A stretch of DNA of 64,000 bases, from positions 13,144,001 to 13,208,000 of the forward strand of contig OZ024758.1 of NCBI GenBank assembly GCA_964016885.1, read 5' to 3'. The notes beneath the pieces were generated by a model, which saw nothing but the letters and a program-made list of their open reading frames with translations, ran no database searches and was not told the DNA's origin. Position numbers and translations under genes: made by a program. How positions within the stretch are numbered: the first letter of the stretch is position 1; the number at the start of each line of letters is the position of its first letter. Source of the DNA: Eledone cirrhosa. Its lineage: Eukaryota. Positions 1-55,865 of the stretch are shown in pieces.

Positions 1-157
1 GATGTAGGCATGGCTGTGTGGTTAAGTACACATTGGAACCATATGGTTTCAGGCTCAGTCTCACTGCATAACACCTTGGGCAAGTGTCTTCTACTGAAGC
101 TTCAAGCCAGCCTATACCTTGTGAGTGAAAGATGGAGACGGCAAAGAAGCCCGTTCT

Positions 158-188
<31 letters not shown>

Positions 189-700
189 CATGCGTGTGTG
201 TTTGTCAGTTGCCGCAGACTTTTTCATAGTGACTCTCTTTAAAAATCAAATGATGTTTGTTTATGTTCTTCATAAATGATACCCACCATGTTGTAATGGA
301 TGGCTCGCTGGACATAAGTAATATATAACTATACTCGTACGTAAAAATATAATATGGATTAACATCAGGAAAAGCATCTAGCTATAGAAAAAAAAATGCT
401 TTAAAAAATGTTTTCATTCAACTTATGAAAGTTTGGAGAAACTAGCTGTAAAAATAAAATTTTTTTACATCCCACTCTTAACTCTGAAAAATACCAGTAA
501 TTATTTGGTAATTTTTTTTTTCCCCCAGCATATAGATTTAGTTGTAGTGTTAAGAACATAGCCTTTTTAGTTCTATTTTTTCTTTCTTTTTATTTTCCAC
601 TATGGAAAAAAATAGTTATAAAAAAAAGCCATTGTTTTAGTTTAAAATAACTTAGCTTAAGAATCCAAATTTATCTTTGGAAATGGGAGATGTGGTTCTG

Positions 701-749
<49 letters not shown>

Positions 750-1045
750 CTTTTCTTCATAAATCTAGTTCATTTCTAGGTTTATAAATTTTGATTAAAC
801 TTAATTTCTGAAAATTGTGGTTTTCAATATTAAAGAGTTTTATATTTAGATTTTATATTTAGTCATACGTTTTACACACATATATATATATATATATTGA
901 ATTTTTAAACTTTTAACAGAACAATAATGATTAAACTATCAGAATAAATTTTTTGCATGTGGCTATTTTCAAAATAAGCATGCATTTTTACCACTGTTAG
1001 ACATTTCTTATGCCAGGGCTTGATACCAAGTAGTATTTGTTACAG

Positions 1046-20625
<19,580 letters not shown>

Positions 20626-21195
20626 GTAATTTAGAAATGTCTTTTCTCACTTAGATATGATTGTTGCTCGTTAATTTTTACAGATTGGCAGTATCGGTAG
20701 AGGGTTGGACACCATGCTTTGATGCATAGTTACGGCCCTTGCCATTGTGAGTTCAAATCCTGCCGAGGTTAACTATGCCTTCCATCCTTATGGTGTCAAT
20801 AAAATAAAGTACCAGTAATTACTGGCCTTGTGCCAAAAGTAGAAACAAATTAATTTTTACAGATTTAAATTAATTTTAAATTTACAGATGTTATATTTTT
20901 AAGAAAAGTTTTAACTAAAAATAAACAATTCTATTTTATATTTGTTGACCCAAAGAAAGATTTTTTTTTTTACCAGTTCCAATGTTATGCGAGTAGATTT
21001 AAGTGTTGAAGAATGACTTTTGATAGTTATTTTTTTATGTGTGCGCAAGCATTAACCCTTTAGCATTTACAGTACTCTATATATAAACTGTTGTATTTTT
21101 GTGGTAAAGGCTTTACTTTACATAAGTATCTCACATAATATCGAATCTATGAGATTTTGGGGTTATTTATTTTGAGAACAATACCTTAACATCAG

Positions 21196-21395
21196 NNNNN
21201 NNNNNNNNNNNNNNNNNNNNNNNNNNNNNNNNNNNNNNNNNNNNNNNNNNNNNNNNNNNNNNNNNNNNNNNNNNNNNNNNNNNNNNNNNNNNNNNNNNNN
21301 NNNNNNNNNNNNNNNNNNNNNNNNNNNNNNNNNNNNNNNNNNNNNNNNNNNNNNNNNNNNNNNNNNNNNNNNNNNNNNNNNNNNNNNNNNNNNNN
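21196..21395. other. Assembly gap (200 N)
   Basis: Exactly 200 N, interrupting a MITE copy; the round size suggests a scaffolding placeholder of unknown true length. Confidence 0.99.
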
Positions 21396-21558
21396 AATAT
21401 TGGCAGGTGTTTTACTTATACATCCTCCCCTGTATATAACCCTACACCCCTCCCATCACTGACTCTACTTTCACATCTCTCTCTCTCTCTTCCCCTACCC
21501 TCTTTCCTTACACTGATACCAACCAGTTACCGTTAGTTTATATATATATATATATATG

Positions 21559-21598
<40 letters not shown>

Positions 21599-23057
21599 TA
21601 TATATTATGGATATTCCGTTAGTCAAAAGTCAAATTATATTTAGTTATTTATTTTATCTCTATATTTTTCGAACATTTATTTTTTAAATGTTAAATAAAT
21701 TCCCCCATAAAAATATCTATTTGTGGGAGCAGATATTCTTACCCCCCCCCCCCCACACACACACACGGGAGAGGGGTGGGGGTTAACACTAATTAAGCCA
21801 ACCTTTTGATCAAAAGCATTCCATCGGTGACCATCCCATCCCATCCATATAATCAATGTATCTAGAACCACACATTATCTGATAGGTTCTTCCTGTAAAA
21901 TAATAGTAGGTTGTAATTTGAGTGGTTTTTGTTTGCTATTTCTAGCAGGTCGCGTGACCACATAGAGGCTACCCCAAGCAGATGTTGCCCTCCAGGTTAA
22001 CCCAGATTCAGTAGATATGATACAAGGAAGGCATTCAAAGCTCAATCGGCTCTTGTCTTTTCTGATACAGTATATATGGAAACACATTATCCAGTAAAAT
22101 TTAAAATTCTAACAAACATATCTTTATCCTTTAGCATTTACATAACTCTATATATACTGTTGTATTTTCATGGTAAAGGCTTTATTTCACATTATTACCT
22201 GACGTAATATCCAATCTATGAGATTTTGATGTTATTTATTTTGAAAACAACACCTTAACATCAATATGAGTAGCCGGTTACAGCCAGTTTAAACAGAAAG
22301 AGGTGAGAGAACTCTGGTTGGATACAGCCGGTTCAAATGCTAAAGGGTTAACCCTTTAGCATTTACATTACTCTATATTTACTATTGCATTTTCACGGAA
22401 AAGGCTTTATCTTACATAATATCGAATCTGAGATTTTGATGCTATTTATTTTGAGAACAATACCTTAACATCAACATGAGCAGTCAGTTATGGCCGGTTT
22501 AAATGCTTAAGAGTTAAGGGTTAGACCCCCTTGAGATCCCAGTTGACAGAATGGAGAAGATATTGCGTCAGAGGATAATGAGGGAGACACACTGGAACAG
22601 CCATTCCATCCCGTGGGGGTTGTACTTACTGGTAGCCAGTTCCATTCGGAAAGGCACTAAGCAGGGAGGGCAAGAACGTCAGAAGTCTCCACCACAAAGC
22701 TATCAGAGAGGGGCTGATACTTTGACAGTTTTCCCCCTTCAACCTGGCAGGCAGCGAAGCCTGGGCTTGTAGCCAAACGTTAGTGGCAATGGTTTCTACA
22801 GTTGGATGCCCTTCCTAATGCCAACCACATTACAGTGTGGGCTGGGTGCTATTTATTGTGGCACCAAAACGACTTTACACAACTTTAAAAATAAGATTCT
22901 CCTCCACGTTTAATTTGATCCATGATTTCACAACAATTTGATCTATGATTTTACACAACAATTCGATCCATGATTTCACACAACTTTAAAAATAAGATTC
23001 TCAATATTTAATTTAATTTAATTTAATTTTTTGGTGGGGTTTTGTTTTTGTTCAGAA

Positions 23058-45440
<22,383 letters not shown>

Positions 45441-46194
45441 AAATAGTCCAGGCATAGCATCATGTGATATTTGTGACTTCCACAATGGGTATTATCATCA
45501 TCATCACCGTTTAACATCCATTTTTCCACGCTGGCATCGGTTAAACAAGTTATCCTGTTGTGAACAATGCCAAGTCAGCTAACCATGTCTTGCTCATTCA
45601 GAACCGATTTGGGCTTGGTTGGTTTCTACAGCTGGATGCCCTCCCTGGGTATATTAACAGATATTCTATATGATAATAGTTCTGGCATAGCATGACAGCC
45701 CCTTCCTCTCATGTGATATTTGTGATTTCCACAGAGGATATCATCATTATATTAACAGATATTCTATTGCACACCAGAAAATAATTTCTACTTTAGGCAC
45801 AAGGCCAGCAATGTTGGGGGAGTCGATTAAATTGAGCTCCGTGAATTACTGGTACTTTATTTTATCGACCCCCGTAAGGATAAAAGGCAATAATAATGAA
45901 GCTAAAAATAAACCCTAAAATCAAAATCTTGCTGTATTTATGGCACTTTTTGTAGAGGGCTTCACATCTATTGTCCGACTTAAACCACCTAGTTTTGGGG
46001 TATCAAAGTCTAATTTACTTCAAACATTCAAACTAAATGACGGGTATTGGTATACCAAAATCTTCTACCCACCAACTCCCCAAATAGTTTTGGAAACCCT
46101 ACAATAATAACCAAACCATAAAGAACAAACTTGTTAATAGACATGTTATGTATTTCATACTGTATGTTATATCTAATCCAATCCAATTCAATCC

Positions 46195-46430
46195 TGGGCC
46201 GTCTCACTCCTGTTGGAGGAACCCCTCCCGAGTTGACCTCCAAGACCTTACTCCTGTTGGAGAAACCCCTCCCTAGTTGACCTCCAAGGCCTTCTCACTC
46301 CTATTGGAGGAACCCCTCCCTGGTTAACCTCCAAGACCTTCTCACTCCTGTTGGAAGAACCCCTCCCTAGTTGACCTCCAAGACCTCATTCCTGTTGGAG
46401 GAACCCCTACCTCCCTGGTTGACCTCCACT
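46195..46430 (+). repeat. About 45-bp tandem repeat (5-6 copies)
   Basis: ctcctgttggaggaacccctccctggttgacctccaagacc; a single inverted homolog lies at about 32715-32780. Confidence 0.85.
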
Positions 46431-46736
46431 GCATTCTGTTTGGTTTTGGTCATGTCAGGTGTAGCTGTACTCATCATGGTTAGCCAATTGTGGGTTGGTG
46501 AGGATATTTAATCCACAGTTAGGGTGGATGGCCAGTGACTCAAAAGTTCACCCGTCCTTTTTAACAGTTCTTGTTTTTTATGTTGCTGGGATTCCACATT
46601 CTCTCCTCACCACACCAGGATCTAGTGAGGGAGCCGGTTTAGTTGCCATGAAGCAGGTTGTACTGGGCTACATAGTACCAGTAGCAGACAGAAGCCTGAC
46701 CTGTATATCACTATTATCCTTCCTCCTCATATGACA

Positions 46737-47065
46737 CAGTCAGGAGTTGAGGACTCATCAATGTCCTATCCTAGGGAAGATGTGTCTCTCATCTCTCTCT
46801 CTCTCTAAACTCTACACAAACTAAAACTAAAGTACTGGCTGTAATCACTCAGTCAGGAGTTGAGGACTCATCAATGTCCTATCCCGGGGAAGATGTGTCT
46901 CTCATCTCTCTCTCTAAACTCTACAAAAACCAAAACTAAAGTACTGGCTGTATATCACTCAGTCAGGAGTTGAGGACCCATCAATGTCCTATCCCGGGGA
47001 AGATGTGTCTCTCATCTCTCTCTCTCTAAACTCTACAAAAACCAAAACTAAAGTACTGGCTGTAT
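46737..47065 (+). repeat. 3 x about 111-bp tandem repeat
   Basis: cagtcaggagttgaggactcatcaatgtcctatcc..aaaactaaagtactggctgta. Confidence 0.88.
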
Positions 47066-47569
47066 AAAACCTTGTATTGTGAAAGTGTCTGATCTTACAA
47101 TACAGGACTTGACAATCAACAAATGTTTTCATCTTCAAAATATAAACATTTTTTGTTTGTTTCTCATAAAATTGTTCCCTGTTTGGAATTCTAATTGAAA
47201 ATTAATTTTAACTGTTTTTTTTTAATGTTCTTGTTTTTGTTCTTTCACCACAAAATTAGTTTTCATATTGTCCAATATTCTCTATTTAAATTAAACTCTT
47301 TTCAAACTTTATTTGTATCTAATTCATTCAATTGCTACTAGCAAACAAAACACTTGGTAACTTTTCAGTGTTCCCGCTGCTTACACTGACTAACAGTATC
47401 TGAATCTGTGTGAAGAGAAGAAATAGATGTGTTCTGGATATGTGCACCAACCCTTGTCTTATTCACACATTCCGTTTTTAGCATGATTTCTACAGCTCAA
47501 TGCCTTTCCTAACACTAAATTCATTACAGAGTGTACTGGGTGCATTTTACAAGTGGCTGATGGCTTCTG

Positions 47570-48081
47570 TTACCTAGGTGATATAATTAGCAGTGGCAGA
47601 ACAGGGTGCTCTGAGAGCACAGTAGCTAGAATAAGGACAGGATGGAAGAACTTTAGAGAGCTACTATCTCTGTTGACAGCAAAAGGTTTCTCCCTATGAA
47701 AGAAAGCTGGCTTTATGATGCTGCATGGAAGTGAGACATTGGCAGAGGATATGTGATGGCTGGAGAGAAATGAAGCAACTATGTTTTGTTGGATGTACAA
47801 TGTAAATGTGAGAGAACAATAGAACTTGGTTGAAATTGAAGAGAGAAACTGGGTATAAAAGGCATCAGATATAGTGTGCAAGTGAGAAGACTACACTGGT
47901 ATGGACATGTGATGCACATAAATGCTGATTGCTGGGTGATCCTAGTGGAAGGAAGCTGCAGTAGATGAAGATCTGGGTGGAGATGTTAAGAACTGATCTC
48001 AAATTGATGGAGCTCCTAGACAGGGATGACAAAGGAATGTGACAAGTGGCGAGATGCTGTACTGAAAAAGACCCGTCAAAC
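47570..48081 (+). mobile_element. Decayed RTE LINE 3' portion
   Basis: Frameshifted match to YLGD..RIRTGWKNFRELL..LHGSET..LHWYGHV. Confidence 0.8.
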
Positions 48082-48829
48082 CAGAAGCGTAACAAGGGAA
48101 TGGTAAGCATGTAGGGTGCCATGGGCACCACTTGGACTATGAGCCCTTTCTATTAAAGTCAGATAAGCTTTCGTTGGAGAGTGAAAAAAGAAACTCTTTC
48201 GGATGTATATGTGGCATGGGTGAGAAACACTGAGGAAGCTGGATCATTAAACCAATTATATAAATTATTAGGCCTCCATAGGTAAAAATACAGTGCTGGA
48301 CAGGGGCACAATTTCATTGCTTGTCCTAGGGGCTATTTTCCCCAGTTATGTCTCTGTAAGCATGGAAAAGTAGATATAAAATGATGAGATATTTCACTGC
48401 TTGCCATAGGGGTTATTTTCCCTGTTTACGACTCTGCATGCAACCCATGTAAACGTGGAAAAGTGGATATAACATGATGAGATATTTCATTTGATATACG
48501 ATAATGAAAAGGTTAAAATGGTAATTTTATTTATTTATTTATTTATTATATCCAATCTTCATTCATGAGGCTTTAAATAATTGATTGGGATAGCTTAAAG
48601 TAATAATAGTTAGACTAGATTAACCTAATTAATAGCAAAATAACTGAATATTGAGATTTTGGTGGTGGTGGTAATAGTGTTGGTTTTTTAGTGGCGGTGA
48701 TGGTGTTATAGTAATTGTAGATGTAGTTATGAAAATGGTTGTGGTGGTGGTAGTAGTAGGAGTAGAAGTAGTGACTAGTAGTAGTAGTATTAATTGTAAG
48801 AAAGCCTGTCTCTCTCTCTTCATATGAAT

Positions 48830-48994
48830 TTATGGACATAAGTTTCTGTAAATTTCCGACCTCAGAAATCTCTGGAACGGATCCCTTTGCATAACTTCAA
48901 GAATTTCTTGCTGCGATTCCTGGAAAATATTTTTTTCAACATCAGATTCCAGCTGTTTACAAAGTTTATGCCGGGTTTTTGAGCGCAAATTTAT
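48830..48994 (-). CDS. RGS paralog A last exon (165 bp)
   Basis: ttccag|ATA AAT TTG..TGT CCA TAA. Confidence 0.92.
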   Translation of the reverse strand: MNLRSKTRHKLCKQLESDVEKNIFQESQQEILEVMQRDPFQRFLRSEIYRNLCP

Positions 48995-51729
48995 CTGGAA
49001 ATGAGGAGAGATAGAGAAACTTAAGAAACTTCTTTGTGTGTGTATATGTATGTATATATATATAACAAATAGAAACCAGGTGGACCATAATGCACCAGAA
49101 TACTTGATACTTGGGGTAGTAGAGTGGGTAATAGGAAAAGATTCAGAGCTCCGGCTGTTTCGACAGCAAGATCCGACATTGAAACTAGCTGTCGAAATGG
49201 CCGGAGCTCAGCCATCAGGGTCCTGAATTTTTTTATATATATATAATCATCATCACCATTTAATGTCCATTTTTCCATGCTAGCATGGATTAGACAAGTT
49301 GTCCAGATGTGAGCCAAGCCAGATCAGATGACCATCTCCAGCTCACACTGGACCAATCTTGGTAGGGTTTCTACAGCTGGGTGCCCTTCCTAACGCTAAC
49401 CACATTCGCAGTGTAGACAGGGTGCTTTTTGTTGTGACTATATATACACAATGTTATGGTTTCAATACATATTTAATATGTATGATGATCATGTTTCTTA
49501 ATAAATAAGCTCAATGGATTTTGGTTCAGAGCATCAATAATTCAAATTTAAAGAAATATTCACTTCCCTGACATTTGTATATTATTCTATGTACTATACA
49601 TGCACCTTTGATGGTTATAGTGCACCTGAGCACTGTACACAATAATTTCATTATTATTATAAAGAGAGAGAGTGTCATATCATTTGAGAAACACAGTATT
49701 TTGTACACATATATAATACAAATAATATCCAGGAAAATATACATACTTTAAGATGAAAAAAATTCATATATACATCATCGGTTAGACGGGTTTGTCCAAT
49801 TTAGAGGCAAGTTAGGTTGAGTGACCATGTCTCACTCATATAGGACTGTTCCTAGCTGGTTTTCTACGACTGGATGGACCTTCCTAGTGCCAACCACATT
49901 GACACTAGGAAGGGTGCTGGGTGCTTTTTTGCTGTGACACTTACACAACCACTTTACAGTGTGGGCTGGATGTTTTGTGGTACCAACAACACACACACAA
50001 TGAATATATATATATCATCATCATTATCACCTCCGTTTTACATCTATTTTCCATGCTAGCATGGGTTGTATCAAGTTTAATCTAGAAATGGCTCCTACAG
50101 CAACAGAACTGTTTCATTCCAAAGAAATCATCAGAGTTGGGTTAGGGTTCAATTTATAGTGCAAAGAAAAGACAACACTTACACAACGATTTGCTCCCTT
50201 TTTGATGTACAGTTCATAAATGATGACAGCCTTCGAACGGACGTCAGTTTCGACGCTGTTCATTTTAAAGTCTTCAACTGCTTTCCAGAAATCTAGATTC
50301 TCTTCACAGTATTGGCTGACAAGGTATTGTCGAAATAGATCAAAACCCTCTGCAATGAGATAAAGAGAGAGATAGGTAGGTCGATAGATAGATAAGTATA
50401 TAGATAGAGAGACAGAGATAGATAGATAAATAGGTTGGTAGGTAGTAAATATTAAAAGGTAGATAGAGAGATAGATGAATGGACAGATAAATAGGTAGAT
50501 AGAGACAGAGATTAGTAGGATAGATAGGTAGACAGATGAGATAACTAGATAGATATATTGGTAGATAATCGAAAGAAAGAAATGATACGAGAGAAGGAGA
50601 AATGAAGTGTTGAAGTAAAAGATAAATCCCAAGTAAAAAGAGGCGAGACAAAGAAAAAATGGTGAGGGAAGCTGTAAAGCAACTAGAAGGTTCTGTTGTT
50701 GAATCTTTTCCTAGTTTCCATATACTCAAAGATTTTCTTTATAGTTGGTAGATCTTTTACATCATCATAATCATTTAACGTCTATCTTTCACGCTAGCAT
50801 GGGTTAGACGGGAATTGTCCCACTTGAGGCAAGATTGGTCGGGTAACCGTGCCTCGCTTGTATAGGACTATATGGCAGGTTTTCTACGACCTCTTTAGTT
50901 TGGAGTGGATGTTGTGGTACCAACATAACTTTACAGAGTAAGGGTGGTGTTGGTGGGAGTGGGAGAATGGAGTAGGGGTAGTGGGTTGGGGTGTATATTT
51001 GGTTAAGAGGTGCCTACTGAATATATTGTAACTCTAATCTTGGTAGTTTTTTTAAAGACCAGCTTCAAGATGTCCTCTCTTTAACTATCTTGTATCATGA
51101 TTAGTTTAACCTGGCCATATCTGCCCAGAATTCTCACACCTCTTTCTGTTCAAAACAGACCTAACTGGCTGCTCATATTTATGTTAAGGTATTGTTCTCA
51201 AAATAAATGATATTAAAATCTCATAGATTCGATATTATGTGAGATAAAGCCTTTACCATGAAAATACAATAATAAATATAGAGTAATGTAAATGCTAAAA
51301 GGTTAAAAATTGTTTCACCTACCATCATCTTTTAACATGCTTAGAAAGCAATCTTTCCACATGACATATTTGGCTTGAGCCTGAGGGTGAAATCTGGTTT
51401 GTTGATTGCTTTGCGACATTGGAACATCTGTGAATAATAAAGAATGGTGTTGTAGAATGTCTGCAGAGGAATACAAAAAAAAAAAGGGGGGGATTTTATC
51501 AATTTATAATTTAGGAAATGAACTCTCGACATTATGATCGTAAGTCCAGCACCCTTAACACTAGGCCAGTAATTTGGGGAAGATGCATGTATGATCTCGT
51601 AATACCTGAGAGTTGTATTGAAGTACCAAGTTAAATTTATTGACATAAATGAAGACGTAGTCAATTTACCTGAATCATGTGGAGTAGAAATATCCAACGA
51701 GGATCCCATGGATGTAGCACAACATCGTT
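48830..51729 (-). CDS. Regulator of G-protein signalling (single RGS domain), paralog A: complement join(51670-51729,51323-51460,50183-50349,48830-48994); 5' end unresolved
   Basis: Spliced product ..AKYVMWKDCFLSMLKDD-EGFDLFRQYLVSQYCEENLDFWKAVEDFK..AVIIYELYIKKGANRC-INLRSKTR..IFQESQQEILEVMQRDPFQRFLRSEIYRNLCP* carries the RGS-box motifs EEN.FW, xNL and M.RD..RF. Phases are consistent; the 60-bp upstream exon is less certain. Confidence 0.88.
50183..50349 (-). CDS. RGS paralog A exon (RGS box core)
   Basis: gcag|AG GGT TTT..CGT TGT|gtaag; FRQYLVSQYCEENLDFW. Confidence 0.93.
51323..51460 (-). CDS. RGS paralog A exon (RGS helix 1-2)
   Basis: Strong polypyrimidine tract, ctgcag|..WKDCFLSMLKDD G|gtagg. 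Confidence 0.8.
51670..51729 (-). CDS. RGS paralog A candidate upstream exon
   Basis: cttcttcag|AA CGA TGT TGT..GAT TCA G|gtaaat; phase 1-1, RCCATSMGSSLDISTPHDS; contains an in-frame ATG at 51709. Confidence 0.55.
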
Positions 51730-51839
51730 CTGAAGAAGATAAGAGTTAAGGTGTGGAACCACCACAAACTTTTATAAAATTCAATAAGATTTGTTTGAGA
51801 TTTCCTGGCCTTTTTTACTGGAAGAGATTCTAAGAGAGA

Positions 51840-52170
51840 CAGACAGATTTATCTTTGTATCTAAGAAGAGGTCTTCCTACATTTAGCACCCCTATCTGAA
51901 GCTGGCCATAAGAGAGAATTTTCGGTAGACTTTCATCATTCATCCTGACACCATGACCAGCCTTTCTTAATTGAGATTTTATTAAGAAGGCCTTGATGTT
52001 TTGTATATCACATGACTTCTTGTGCTTCCCAGAAAAAAATTAGCTACTAAAGCCAGATCATCTGCAAACAAGAAGCCTAAAAGCATTCACATTCTATTAA
52101 GAGTCTTCACTTTAATTCTTTGGTGACTGAAGAGCCCATCTGATGCTCTAAATTCAAACAAAATCCCATC
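51840..52170 (-). mobile_element. Decayed RTE-type (RTEX/BovB-like) LINE fragment of a second family
   Basis: DGILFEFRASDGLF..LFADDLALVA and VGRPLLRYKD remnants; a possibly related C2H2-ended 3' fragment (CAKCGLMCKSAAGLKWHLRHKH) is at about 17465-17595. Confidence 0.6.
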
Positions 52171-52309
52171 ATTTGCTTGTTTTGATATATATATATAAAC
52201 GTACATTCAGTAGGCACCTCTTAATCCAATATAAACCCCACACGCCCTACACCTCCCTCCCACTTCTGCCCACACTAACCTTACTCTGTAAAGTTATGTT
52301 GGTACCACA

Positions 52310-52950
52310 ACATATTCAGCCCACATTGTAAAGTGGTCATGTAAGTGTCACAACAAAAAGCACCCAGTCCACATTGTAAAGTGGTCATGTAAGTGTCACA
52401 ACAAAAAGCACCCAGTCCACACTGTAAAGTGGTCATGTAGGGGACACAACAAAAAGCACCCAGTCCACACTGTTAAGTGGTCATGTAGGGGACACAACAA
52501 AAAGCACCCAGTCCACACTGTTAAGTGGTCATGTAGGGGACACAACAAAAAGCACCCAGTCCACACTGTTAAGTGGTCATGTAGGGGACACAACAAAAAG
52601 CACCCAGTCCACACTGTAAAGTGGTCATGTAGGGGACACAACAAAAAGCACCCAGTCCACACTGTTAAGTGGTCATGTAGGGGACACAACAAAAAGCACC
52701 CAGTCCACACTGTTAAGTGGTCATGTAGGGGACACAACAAAAAGCACTCAGTCCACACTGTTAAGTGGTCATGTAGGGGACACAACAAAAAGCACCCAGT
52801 CCACACTGTAAAGTGGTCGTGAAGAAGACAAGGTAAAAAGCACCCAGTCCACACAGGAAAGTAGTCGTGTAGGAGACAACAAAAAGCACCCAGTCCACAC
52901 TGTAAAGTGGTCGTGTAGGTGACAAGGTAAAAAGCACCCAGTCCACACTG
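52310..52950 (+). repeat. About 13 x 48-bp tandem array related to the same SINE segment
   Basis: Unit aagtggtcatgtaggggacacaacaaaaagcacccagtccacactgtt. Confidence 0.9.
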
Positions 52951-54104
52951 TGCTACCATTATACCATGTTGGTGTAATGATAGCACAGTGATCTGGATAA
53001 CCAAAGATGTGGGTTCAACAACTCCCATGTACATCAATACTCATCTTTTTCCATTTCTTAGAGGGTTCTAAACCCCACTATCAGGCTAAAATCTCTTCAG
53101 TCAAAAATACTTCTATGCACCTTTGATAAGTTGTAGTGCACCTGAGCACTGAACACAATAATTTCATGAATTGGCAGTATCGGTAGAGGCTCGGACATGC
53201 TTTCCAGCATAGTTACGTCCCTTTATGATCTGAGTTCAAATCCCGCCGAGGTTGACTTTGCCTTTCATCCTTACGGGGTCGATAAAATAAAGTACCAGTA
53301 ATGCACTGGGTATTGCTGGCCTTGTGCCTAACGTAGAAACAATTATTATTAGTGGATTGGCAGTATCGGTAGAGGGTCGGACACCATGCTTTGCAGCAAA
53401 GAGTTACGGCCCTTTATGATCTGAGTTCAAATCTCGCCAGGGTTAACTTTGCCTTTCATCCTTACGGGGTCGATAAAATAAAGTACCAGTAATACACTGG
53501 AATAATTGCTGGCCTTGTGCCAAAAGTAGAAATAATTATTATATATATATATATGAAAACGGAAGTCAGAGGTAGATAGTTAATTAGTTCATTGTTTTAC
53601 GACCATTTCAGAGGGTTGATTGATCGAGAAAGATCAATGTAACAACTAGCATGATTGATTTTTATATATTAAGAAAATGTACGTACACACACATACACGT
53701 GCGAGCGCAAGCACAGCCAGGAAGGAGGGTGCTGCCTTTACGCCAACTAGGCAGCTGTCTAGGAGTGCCGTCCTCAGGGAGATGACTTAGGGCCACACAC
53801 ACACACACACTTGGGGGCCCAGTTTTTTTTAAATATATTTTTATTTTAGCAATAGTTTTTATTCATTAACACTAAATCATCAAAAATTATATTTATTTAT
53901 GCTATCAACTAATTTGACGCCTCCAAACATTCAACAGAGCTCCCCCCCCCCCTCATCCGATATATTCGAGGGATAAGGGGTGGCGGAATCCGACCACTAC
54001 CGCAGCCATCACCCAGCAGAAGTTCCCTTTAACATTTTGTTCCGTGTTAGCAATTTGTGAGAAGTGAAAGTGAAACTATAAAAAACAATACAAGAAGAAT
54101 ATTG

Positions 54105-54770
54105 GACAACAATAACAACAGCAGCAACAACAACAACTGCTACACAGGAGCAATAGATATAACAGCAATAACAATAACAGAAATGACAACTACAACAACA
54201 ACAACAACACAAACAACTACAACACTAACAACAACTACACCAACAACAACAACACTAACAACTACACCAACACAACCACCAACAACTACACTGACACCAA
54301 CAACGCCACCACCAACAACTACACCAACAACAACACTAACAACTTCACCGACACCAACAACAGCAACACTAACAACTACTACAACAACTACACTGACACC
54401 ACCAACACAACCACCAACAACAACTTCACCGACACCAACAACAACAACACTAACAACTACACCAACAACACCACCTACACTGACACCAACAACAACAACA
54501 ACACTAACAACTACTACACTGACAACAACTACACCAACAACAACAACACTAACAACTACTACACTGACAACACCGACACCAACAACAACAACTCTAACTA
54601 CAACAACTACACCAACACAACCACAACTACACTGACACCAACAACAACAACAACAACACAACCACCAACAACAACTACACTGACACCACCAACAACAACA
54701 ACAACACTAACAACTACTACACTGACAACAACTACACCAACACAACCACCAACAACATCACCAACAAGAA
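54105..54770 (+). repeat. (ACA/ACC/ACT)n trinucleotide-derived low-complexity repeat
   Basis: Direct inspection. Confidence 0.92.
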
Positions 54771-55065
54771 TAATAAATAATAAATATAAAAAACTATATC
54801 CGACATATTTCCGTAAGATGGAGGAACCTTAAATTGAAACGCGTCTTACTGAATATTAACAGTTTGGCCCAATTAACCATATCGCCTCTTTTCTTTACTC
54901 CTGATGTCTTTCTTAGCAAAAAGGCCCGTGACAACTTTTACAATCGATCAGACCGGAAGAAGCTCAGATATCGAACAGTTGCACGAGACAGCATCAGCAT
55001 CAATGTCAACATTTATGTGTGTGTGTGTGTGTGTGTGTGTGAGAGTGTGTATATAAGAATATGTA

Positions 55066-55147
<82 letters not shown>

Positions 55148-55258
55148 AATATATATATAATATATATATATATAATATAAGGCTCGGAAAATGTTTTTTT
55201 TTTTTTCTCCCTTGAGCTAATTTAATTATCAGGGACTATTGTGAGTTTTTAACTCACA

Positions 55259-55295
<37 letters not shown>

Positions 55296-55606
55296 TACTA
55301 CAAGAATATAATGTTGGTTCGTTCGTAAATCTCACCCGATATATATGTGTGTGTGTATGTGTTTATATATATGTGTGTGTGTATGTGTTTATATATATGT
55401 GTGTGTGTGTATATATATATATATGTGTGTGTGTGTTGTTTTCGGTTGTTAATCCATTCGGACTATTTTATTTTATTTTATTTTATTAATGAAGGATTAG
55501 TAGAGACAATGTACACAGACTAAATAAGTATTATTTTTTATCAATTATCAGTGTTGCCTCCACCCATATATTATATATATATATATATATACATACACAC
55601 ACACAC

Positions 55607-55652
<46 letters not shown>

Positions 55653-55657
55653 TATAT

Positions 55658-55690
<33 letters not shown>

Positions 55691-55705
55691 CATACACACA
55701 CACAC

Positions 55706-55751
<46 letters not shown>

Positions 55752-55760
55752 TATATGCAT

Positions 55761-55795
<35 letters not shown>

Positions 55796-55797
55796 CA

Positions 55798-55865
55798 TCC
55801 TCGGTAGTATAGTGGTAAGTATCCCCGCCTGTCACGCGGGAGACCGGGGTTCGATTCCCCGCCGG
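55798..55865 (+). tRNA. trnD-GTC: tRNA-Asp(GTC), 3'-truncated by 4 nt and fused to a SINE; probably a pseudogene/retrocopy
   Basis: TCCTCGGTAGTATAGTGGTAAGTATCCCCGCCTGTCACGCGGGAGACCGGGGTTCGATTCCCCGCCGG matches canonical animal tRNA-Asp, but the expected terminal GGAG is replaced by CTTAGTGG of the SINE head. Confidence 0.88.

Noticed and set aside
51341-51709. 122-aa minus-strand ORF as a single-exon gene
   Set aside because: Reads through an intron; the RGS-like W..F..ML sequence is in a different frame reached by splicing
54057-54635. Thr/Pro-rich mucin-like ORF
   Set aside because: (ACA)n-derived repeat, open on both strands, with no convincing splice context or signal peptide
54810-54852. 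GAAA-CGCG-TC-ttac resembling a hammerhead 3' half
   Set aside because: The upstream core reads GATGGAG and stem II is absent; too degenerate to call
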